Shown one piece after another: positions 55,053 through 64,000 of a DNA stretch of 64,000 nucleotides. The DNA comes from Saprolegnia diclina VS20 (taxonomy: Eukaryota), in assembly GCF_000281045.1 (NCBI RefSeq), contig NW_008246124.1, positions 245,629 to 309,628 of the forward strand, given 5' to 3'. The stretch's first letter is position 1. Each line of letters opens with the position of its first letter. The translations under genes and the position numbers were made by a program. The notes beneath the pieces were generated by a model. That model ran no database searches and had not been told where the DNA came from. It was given only the letters and a program-made list of their open reading frames with translations.

Positions 55053-58000
55053 ATGACCAACGACGACGTGCGCATGGAGCACATCCAGGAGTGGATCGAG
55101 GCGACGGTCGACGTGCGCTTCGATGGCAACATGTGGGCGCTCCTCAAGGACGGCCAGGTGCTCTGCAAGCTGGCCAACTCGCTCAACGCGGCCATCCGCG
55201 TCAACAAGCTCAAGACGGCCTTCCACTGCAAGGAGAACATCCAGGCCTTCATCTCGTGGGCGAAAAGCGTCGGCGTGCCCGAAGGCGACCTCTTCCACGT
55301 GCACGACTTGCAGTTTGAAGAGAACATTGGCGCGGTCCTGCGCACGCTCGCGGCGCTGTACACCATGTTTGCCGAGGAGATCCGCGCGTCCGTGCGCGTC
55401 TCGACCAACCACGGACCGGCGCTCGCGAGCTCGTACGACAGCGACGACGACTCGGGCTTTGGCGACCTCCACGACTCGGAGCCCGACGACGAGCCCGACT
55501 TGTACGACCTCTCGATCGTGCGCGAGAACCGGTCGTCGTCCAAGCTCGCGGCCTTTCTCAAGTTTGTGCCCATTCAGTCGACGACGAGCAAGCACAAGGC
55601 GCCGCCAACGCCCGAGCACGTCGAGCCGCCGCCGCAAGAGATCCCGATTGTCGTGAAGAAGGCGTCGCCCGCGCCCAAGACGCCGTCGCCACGCAAGATG
55701 CCCGCGACGCCGCCGCCCAAGGTCGCGCCACCCCCCGAGCCCGTCGTCGCCAAAGGCAACAAATTCAAGCTGAGCAACTTTCTCAACAAGGCCAAGTCGA
55801 CCATGAAGCACAAGGAGTCGCCGAAGAAATCGCCAAAAGAGTCGCCGATCGTGACCAAGCCGTCGCCCAAGTTGCAGACGCCCAAGGTGCAGACACCGCA
55901 GACGCCCAAGGTGCAGACACCCAAGGTCCCGACACCCAAGGCACCGCCGCCGGTCGTCGCAAGGGCACCGCCGCCGGTCGCGGTGGTCGAGCCGCCAAAG
56001 CCGGTCGCCAAGGTGGTGACGCCCATCAAGAGCAAGGCGGTACCGCCGCCGATTCAGACAACCACTGACGACGACGACAGCGACGATCCGATGACGCCGC
56101 CGTCGTCGCCCAAGCCCATCGTCGCGAGCTCGACCGTGCCGCCGGTCGGCAACACAAAGCAAAAGCTCAGCGCGTTCCTGGCGCAGACGCCCGTGGGCAA
56201 GCCGACGATCATTTCGGCGCCGTCGTCACGGACCGAGCCGGGCAAAACGTCGCCGGGCGTCGCGGCCAAGATGGCCATGATCCGCAACAACGGCGTCGCG
56301 CCGCCGACATCGACCGTCGTAGCTTCCACGACTGTCGTAGCGGCCTCGGATGAATCGCTCTCAGCACCGCTGCAGCTGAGCAAGCCGCGGGGGCCAGTCA
56401 AGACGCAGCGCCGGTCGTCGACGAGCCCCAAGGCCGTTGAGTCGTCGCCAACGGTGGTGGCGACGCCGACGATCGTGCCACCCGTCACTGCACCCGCGCC
56501 GACGAGCAAGCTCGGGAACTTTCTTCAGAAAGCACCGGCGTCCGACCCGCAACGGATGCTGGCCAACATCATGATGAACCGCGTGCCCCAGACAAAGACC
56601 GTCGTCTCGGCGGACGAGGATGATGAAGCGCTGCTGACGCCACCAGCATCACCCAAACACGTCCCAGTCGTCGCCAAGTCTGCGCCGGTCGTCGCCAAGT
56701 CGGTGCCGCAGCCGTCACCCGTGGCATCCACACCGTTACAAAACAAGTTGGCGAGCTTCATGGCGGCCGTGCCACCCACGGCTGCGGCCGCCGCCCCCAA
56801 GTCGACCGGCGGGTCCAAGCTCGCAGCCTTCTTATCGACGACTGGTGTCCCGCGCAAGGTGTCGGTGGTGTCGGCGCCGCCCTCGTCGTCGTTTATCGCA
56901 CCGTCGTCATCGTTTGTCGCCCCGGTGCTCGTCAAGTCGTCGCCGCCATTGAAGCGCGTCCGTCGCGCGCCGCGGTCGACGCTCAGCAACAACTGGGTCC
57001 TGCCCGACCAGCGCTTCTCGTATTCCAAGCGCCCAGCCTCGTCCAAGCCCTTCGACAAGGAAGGCGCGCGCCGGCGGTTCCTCCAGAACCAGCTGCGGCT
57101 CAAAGCCGAGGCCAAGCACAATGTCGGGAAGCACCAGAAGACCGCCAACGTCTGCGCGCCCGGCATGCTCTGCTACGTACCCGACGAGACCGACACGTGG
57201 CTCCTCGCCGAGGTCGAGTCGGTCGACACGCGCCGGAAGCACGTCAAGGTCAAGCTCGTCGAGGGCGCCGCCGAAGCGCGCGTCGTCGACCTCACCAACA
57301 TGGACGTTGTCCGGGCCATCGGCGGGCCGCAAGCCACCGAGATCGACTCGCTGCCTCTGGCCATCACGCACAGCAACAGCGACGGCGTCGAAGACATGCG
57401 CAACCTCCGCTTCCTCAACGAACCGTCCATCATGTACAACCTCAAGCGCCGCTTCGAGGCCGCGCAGCCCTGTACTTTATTTCTTGCTATTTTCAATGAT
57501 TTTCGACATTTTTGGCTAGATACGTACAGCAATGACATTGTGATAGCCGTCAACCCGTACCAATGGCTCGGGCACCTGTACGGCGAAGGCCTCCACACGC
57601 AGTACCTGCAGCAGCCCCGGCACAACCTGCCACCGCACGTGTACGCAACGTCGACAGCCGCGTACAAGAGCATGACGGCGTCGCGTCGCAACCAGAGCAT
57701 TCTAGTGAGTGGCGAGTCGGGCGCGGGCAAGACCGAGACGACCAAGATCCTCATGAACCACCTGGCGACAGTCGCCGGTGGCCGCGACGACTCGACGATC
57801 GCGCGTGTCATCAACGTCAACCCGCTCCTCGAGTCGTTTGGGAACGCCAAGACGCTCCGGAACGACAACTCGAGCCGGTTTGGCAAGTTTACGCAGCTGC
57901 AGTTCCGCGACGGGAAGCTCCGGGGCGCTTGCTGCGAGACGTACCTCCTCGAAAAGTCGCGCGTCGTCTCGTTCGCGCCCGGCGAGCGCAACTACCACAT

Positions 58001-60175
58001 CTTTTACCAGCTCCTGTGCGGCCTTCCGGTGGCGACGACTGCGTCGCTGCAGCTCCATGCGACGTCGAGCTTCCGCTACACGGGCGACGTGGCCGCCATG
58101 ACGATCGACGGCATCGACGACGCCAAGTGGATGGCGCAGACGCAGTTGTCGCTCGGGCTCATCGACCTCGACGCGAGCCTTCAGCAGTACGTCTTCGCTC
58201 TTTGATTTGCGATTGTTGAGACTAAGATCGTAGCACGTTGTTTGAAGTGCTCGCTGGCATCCTGCACCTCGGCAACCTCGACTTTGCTCCGACGGGCGAG
58301 AACGCGTCGCGCGTCGCCAACCCCGAGTCGCTCTCGGCCGTCGCGACGCTCTTGGGCCTTGCGCAGGACACGATCGCGACGGCGTGCTGCAACCGCACGG
58401 TCGTCGCGCACCGGGACGCGGTCACGGTGCCACTCAACGTCGTCGAAGCAAACGAGAACCGCGATGCGCTCGCCAAAGCCATCTACGCGAGCCTCTTTGA
58501 CTGGCTCGTCGCGCGCATCAACGGCGCCATGTCGATCCGTGACGCGTCGACGCAGATCGGCGTCCTCGACATCTTTGGGTTTGAGGACTTTGCGCACAAC
58601 GGCTTCGAGCAGTTCTGCATCAACTACGCCAACGAGAAGCTGCAGCAAAAGTTCGTCCACGACGTCTTCTCGACGGTCCAGGACGAGTACACGCGCGAGG
58701 GCCTCGTGTGGGACCACATCTCGTACGCCGACAACCAAGGCATCTTGGACCTCATCGAGGGCAAGCTCGGCATCATCAACCTCATGAACGACCACTTGCG
58801 CCAGCCCCGGGGCACGGAAGAGGCGCTCGTCAACAAGTTCCGCGCCAAGGACAATGCGATCATCTCGTTTGCCAAGGTCAAGCGCACGCAGTTTACGATC
58901 CGCCACTACGCCGGCGCCGTCACGTACGAGACGGTCGGCTTTATGGAGAAGCACCGCGACGCGCTCATGCAGGACCTGCTCGACCTCGTGCGGTCGAGCA
59001 CCAAGGCGTTTGTCGTCTCGCTCTTCCCGCTCGAGCAGCCGCCGACAGTCGACGAGCCCGACGCGATCTCGTCGGCGGCGTCGACGCCGTCACCCAAGTC
59101 GAAGCTCGAGGCGTGGGTCAAAAAGCCCGAGCCCAAGCCGCTGCTCGAAGGACGCAAGAAGGCGCTGCCGCCCAAGACGCTCGGGTCGCAGTTCAAGGCG
59201 TCACTGAGCTCGCTCATGGACACGATCGGGTCGACGCAGGCGCATTACGTGCGCTGCATCAAGCCCAACGCCGTCAAGAGCCCGACCGTGTTTGACAAGC
59301 CCATGGTCGTCGCGCAGCTGCGGTCGGCCGGCGTCATCGACGCGATTCGCATTTCGCGCGCCGGGTACCCCGCGCGGCTCACGGCGCACGAGCTCTCGAC
59401 GCGGTACGCGACCATGCTGCCGCCGTCGATGCTCACGGACGACGCGTGCGACGCGTTCATGCGGGCGACGGGCCATACGTCGCCGGTCGAGTTCCAAATG
59501 GGCAAGACGCTCGTGTACTTCAAGGCCGGCGTCCTCGAAGAGCTCGAGCTCATGAAGTCGGACTTCTACTACGAGCAAGCGACGCTCGCGCAAAAGGTCG
59601 TGCTCGGCTTCCTCGACCGCATGCGCTTCCGCAAGCGGATGGCAGCAGCCCTCGTGCTCCAAGCCTTTGGCCGCATGGCGCTCGAGCGCGTCGTGTTTAC
59701 AAAGCTCAAGGCCGCCGCCGTCACGATGCAGCGCGTCCGCCGCTACTACAAGGACCGCGACGCGGTGCTGGCCGCGATGCGCGCCCGGCTCGCGGCTCGG
59801 GAAGCGCAGCGGGTTGCCGACGAGGCCAAGCGCGTCGCGGCCGAAGAGGCTGCGCGGCGCCCGCCCGTGTGGGACTCGAACTCGGCGCTTTCGTCGCCAC
59901 GGTCGTTGCCGTCGCCCATGACGTCGCCCGAAGCCAGCGAGACCAAAGGCAGCTTCCGGTCGGCCGCGTACAGCCGAGCGAGCGACGTGGCGGCCACGGC
60001 CAAGGCGCTGCTGGCGCACGGCGACGCACTGTGCGCGAGCTGCAAGGCGCTCGGGAAGAGCCACGCGTCGCTCGAAGACCAGATGGCCAAGCTCATGGCC
60101 GAGAACGCGCGCCTGCGACGCTTGCTGGTCGACCACAGCATTAACCCGGACGACGACGATGGCGTCTATGTGTAG
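55053..60175 (+). CDS. Myosin with N-terminal calponin-homology domain and long Pro/Ser/Thr linker (introns 57472-57519 and 58187-58233)
   Basis: CH: LKDGQVLCKLAN..ENIQAFI..GVP..DLF. Motor: GESGAGKT, NDNSSRFGKF, DIFGFE, HYVRCIKPN. IQ-like motifs and a short coiled coil follow. Confidence 0.95.
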
Positions 60176-60229
60176 CCGCAGTCTTATATAATTTACGCGA
60201 CACTCCGACTATGATTCACACATAAGAGC

Positions 60230-61108
60230 TTAGACGACGGCCGTGGTCGCGGGCGGCATGGACCGGTAGGCGTCGTACGGCGTCGGCGGTCGACGCCGGC
60301 AGGTGCGCGAGCACCATATACAGGTGCGCCGCAGTCGGAGGCCAAAGCCTTGCTGGGCCATCGGTCGCGGCTCGCCCGTGATCGCGCACAGACCCGGCTA
60401 CAACGAGGCAGGATGAGAGGATGGGAGTAGAGGAGGCTGTTCGACGTACGAGGCAGCCCGTGACCACCATCGAGAGGGCGACCAGCGTCAGCAAGACAGT
60501 GCTGACGATCGCGAGGACGTAGCCCGAGCCGGTGCCGGTAAGCACGTCGGTGAACGAGACGTGCCAGTGCAGCACGGCGCCCATGCCAAAGAGCGCTACA
60601 TCCGCGTCAGTAGTCGGCGACCGTGGTCAATCGTACCGCTGACAAAGTAGATCAAGCTCGGAAGCGCCGCCACGTGCTTGGAGACGAGCACGTCGCGGAG
60701 TAAGAAGGACACGCCGACGCAGAGCGCGATGAGCGAGAAGACCGTCGCGGTGATGAGCAGATAGGCGACTTGCACGCGCGCGTCCGTGTGGCTGCAGATG
60801 GCGCGGACGGTTGCGACGTCGCGGTTTGTCGGGAGCGGCGCGACGATCGTCATTTCACTCAGCACAAAGCAGCTCGACCGGTTCGTGAGCACAACGTTGC
60901 AGACGTCGCCCCACGTGCCCGTCGCGTTGGCCGTCGTGCCATTGCAGTTGACGGCCACGGCGAGGCTGAAGAGGCCAGCGTTGACCGGCCCAGCGCTGAC
61001 CCAGTCGGTCTGCGCGAGGCTGTAGATCCAGAGGCCCGAGGCCACGACGCCCACGAAGAGCTGGTTGGCGTTGAGCCGCAGCTCCGTCTCGCCGGCCCAG
61101 GGAACCAT
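60230..61108 (-). CDS. Four-TM claudin/PMP22-like membrane protein (introns 60596-60636 and 60398-60449)
   Basis: Four hydrophobic segments; first loop has W..GLF and Cys residues plus N-glycosylation sequons. Confidence 0.6.
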
Positions 61109-61532
61109 CGCGCAATGGCCGAATGCAACGGCTCTGCCTGGAAATACTGTATGACTGAAAACACGCCATCTCACCCGACCCATCCCGAGGTTGCGAGGTA
61201 TTCAGAGAAGCTGCTCCTATATAATTGACGGTACACCCATCACTGTGCTGTTATGCACTTGATGCGATGCGCGCCAGCATGCGCTTCGTTGCTACCGAGC
61301 ACTCGAAGCCTGCTGCATCCATGTGCTGCACCCAGCGTAAGGAGCGTTCTCCTAGACTGTACACCATTTCCGGAAGCTTGCCAGTGTCACTCCGCAAGCC
61401 TGTACCCTTCCACGATTGGTGCATTTCGGCCAATCGCACGCGTTGTATGCTTGATACCTTGATATCTTGTCGATGACAGGCGTCTTATTAGTAGTTAGTT
61501 GGAGCCCTTGCTCGTTGTAGATAATGCACAGT

Positions 61533-62616
61533 TTACGCTTCGTCGTCGTCCTCTTCAGTTGCACCTTCGTCGTCGTCGCCGGTGCCCTCGTCGTCGTCGC
61601 CGGTGCCCTCGTCGTCGTCTTCGGTGCTCTCGTCGTCGTCGTCGTCGTCACCGCCAAACTGCTCCTTGGCAGCGTCGACGACTGCGCGCAGGATCTGCTC
61701 TTGCGCGTCCTCGTCCGGGTCCTTGCCGTTCTCTTGCTTGAAGCGCGCGCAGGCGGCTTCGAAGAGGCCGTTGATGAGCTCGTCCATGCCTTCCTGGTCG
61801 AGGCCGCCGATCGCGGCGACACGCTCCGCCGCTTCCTTCTCGAGCTCGGCCATCTCGTCCTCGTTGGGCTTGCGGCCGTGCTCCTCCTCAAACTCCTCCA
61901 CGAGGTAGTCGAGCGCCGCCTGGGCAGGGTCGTCCTGGTTGGCCATCTCCTTCGCCACGCGCTCCTCGATCTCCTTGACCTCGTCCTCGTTGGGCTCGCG
62001 GCCTACACGACATTGGGTTCAGAGGAAGCGGCAGTGAAGGCAGCGTACCGTCGTTGTTGTCCTTGAACTCTTGGATGAAAAAGTCGACCGCGGCCTTGCG
62101 GTAGCCTTCCTCGTCTTCCTCGTCTTCCTCGTCTTCCTCGTCCGACTCTTCCTCGTCGGACGGCGGCTCCCACTCGGGAATCTCGAGCTTCAAGAAGGCT
62201 TCGTACTCTTCGAGCGTAAAGTCCTTGTGGTCGCCTTGGTCGTCGCAGCGGAAGAGGAGGATGTCGCCCTTGATCTGGCCGAGGCGGCCGTGGAACGGCG
62301 GCTGGAGCTTGTGCGTCGTGAGCGCGACGCCCGAGTCGACTTCTTGGTGCTCCGGGTTGCACATGAGCATGACGCTGAGGTCCTCGTACTGGCCGACAAA
62401 GGTGTGGTCGCCGCCAAGCAGCGCCTGCACGGCTTGCTTGCTCGGCGTAAAGTCGACGTCGATCTCCTTCTTCTCGCCCGCCTGCTTGAGCAAGACGCAC
62501 TTGACGATCGGGCCTTCGGCGCTCATGACGGCCTCAATGTCGAGGCCGGCCATGAGCTTGGCCTTCTTGGGCGACGAGTCCTTGCCGTCGTGGGCGCGCT
62601 TCTTGTCGTTGGCCAT
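61533..62616 (-). CDS. Acidic protein: conserved N-terminal domain (DUF5880-like) plus three F-x3/4-(H/N/D)G(R/K)xPxED repeats (intron 62003-62048)
   Basis: KLQPPFH..IKGDILLFR.D..G...DFTLEEYE followed by an acidic tract; basic NLS-like N-terminus; strong codon bias. Confidence 0.75.
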
Positions 62617-63098
62617 GGCAGCGGGTTGGGAAATGGAGAGGTTTGGCTGGTGCGAGCCTGGCCCCACACCGGACCTACGCTTTTTTTCATGGGTCCCCCC
62701 GGCACCCACTCGTTTTTATCAATAGGTTTGTATGATCAGAGGGGCTGCCCCGGACCCCATGAAAATCGTTGAAGTTGGAATCTTATTGAATCTCATGGCT
62801 GCGGATCGGTGGCCATGAAGCGGGTGCGACGGCCTCTGCCGCAGCCGACACGTCCCGAGACAAGCGCGCCACCCGTTGCCAGCACCGCATGCAGCTACGA
62901 GAACAGGTAGATGCTACATCGGCGGGACGGCGAGCCCCGAGCATCTCCACCTGCATGATGCAGAGGCCTGGGCCCATGCACGAGGGCCGCCCAGTACGAG
63001 ACAACGAGTTGGCTCGTCCAAGCGTTGCGCCCACCACAGCATGCTCGAGACGTCGATACTGATGCAGGAGTCGTTAGTGCACATGCTACTACAGGGTC

Positions 63099-64000
63099 CT
63101 ACGGCGGCGTGATGGAGAGGAGCTCGACTTCAAAGATCAAGTCGGCCTTGGCGGGAATCCCCGACCGGCCCTTCTCGCCGTACGCGAGCGGGTACGGGAT
63201 GAAGATGGAGGCCTTCTCGCCGAGGCTGAGCTGCGGAATGCCCATCTCCCAGCCCTTGATGACGCGGTTCTGGCCAATCGTAAAGCTAAACGGGCGGTTC
63301 GCTCGGCGCGACGAGTCGAACTGCGTCCCGTCCGTGAACGTTCCGACATCTACAAGGAAGATAGGACACAGAAACGACGTCGGGCTCAACGTACAGTGCA
63401 CCGAGACCGTGTCGCCGGCCTTGGGGAACGTCTTGCCATCGCCCGGAGACAGCACGTCAATCTTGAGCCCCGACGACGCCGGCGACGGCAGCGACTTGCC
63501 GTTGATCGCGATGAGGTAGACTTCAAAGATGAGGTCGGCGAGCGGCGGGATATCGCGGCCTGCGCCCGTCTCGCCGTACCCGAGCGCCGACGGAATGTAC
63601 AAGTTGGCCGTCTCGTTGAGCGTCATCTTGGCGAGGCCATGGTCCCAGCCCGCAATGACCATGCCCTCGTCGAGGTTGAACACGAACGGCGAGTTGCGGC
63701 TGTAGCTCGAGTCGAAGAGCTTGTTGTCGCTCGCGAGGCGACCCGCATCTAGAGAATACTGGTCAGGTCCATGCGCGAGCGCGGCTATGTACAGTGGACG
63801 GTGAGGCTGTCGCCCTTCTTCGGGTACGTCACGCCGTCGCCCGCATGCAGAACCTCGACGACAACCGCGTTGGCGTCGACAGCCCGCTGGAGCAAGGCAG
63901 CCGGCGACGGCGACGTCGGTCCGGCTGGCGCGAACGAGACAAAGTTGTAGGCCAACGCGAAGAAGCAGAGCACTGGCAGCACGTAGATCCAGCGGCGGCG
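63099..64000 (-). CDS. Tandem double FKBP peptidyl-prolyl isomerase with N-terminal signal/anchor, 5' end outside the window (introns 63749-63792 and 63350-63394)
   Basis: Two copies of GDG..PK.GD...VHY.G...FDSS...F......VI.GW..G.......E.A...IP....YG..G....P..DLIFEV. Confidence 0.93.
   Translation of the reverse strand, partial: PPLDLRAASALLLRVGLQLCLVRASRTDVAVAGCLAPAGCRRQRGCRRGSACGRRRDVPEEGRQPHRPLYIAALAHGPDQYSLDAGRLASDNKLFDSSYSRNSPFVFNLDEGMVIAGWDHGLAKMTLNETANLYIPSALGYGETGAGRDIPPLADLIFEVYLIAINGKSLPSPASSGLKIDVLSPGDGKTFPKAGDTVSVHCTLSPTSFLCPIFLVDVGTFTDGTQFDSSRRANRPFSFTIGQNRVIKGWEMGIPQLSLGEKASIFIPYPLAYGEKGRSGIPAKADLIFEVELLSITPP

Noticed and set aside
15305..60175. Usher-complex-like cluster (Calx-beta/FN3 giant protein plus myosin) or a genome-maintenance cluster (SMC2, POT1, E2F, ERCC6)
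   Set aside because: The genes are interspersed with unrelated ones, the myosin lacks MyTH4-FERM, and co-location in a compact genome is not evidence of a system.
61225..61476. Short ORFs in spacers 61200-61500 and 62780-63100
   Set aside because: No motifs or codon bias; treated as intergenic or UTR.

Overview
Gene-dense, GC-rich eukaryotic DNA with very short (about 39-52 nt) GT-AG introns, mostly GTACG donors. Gene content and style point to an oomycete, probably Saprolegniales (inference). Left to right: three identical tRNA-Gln(TTG) genes; acetolactate synthase small subunit; a GPI-type YcnI/DUF1775 copper-binding-like protein; a multi-exon LRR/EF-hand protein; RING and PX proteins; an unassigned, highly structured ~340 nt candidate Pol III ncRNA convergent with tRNA-Pro(TGG); SMC2; a ~22.7 kb multi-exon giant surface receptor gene (FN3/Calx-beta super-repeats, CUB, EGF, Pmp-like beta-helix, multi-pass TM); a P4-ATPase; an intron-fragmented POT1 with an extra N-terminal domain and an 8-nt micro-exon; a TM-PH protein; a C69 peptidase; an orphan; two tandem atypical E2F-like genes; U1 snRNA; ERCC6/CSB; a CH-domain myosin; a claudin-like protein; an acidic repeat protein; and a double FKBP (5' end outside the window). 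No CRISPR array, rRNA or intact transposase was seen. Best novelty candidates: the ncRNA (10820-11163), the giant receptor, extended POT1, the CH-myosin with a repeated KLxxFL motif, and the YcnI-like protein. All calls were made by eye; no searches were run.
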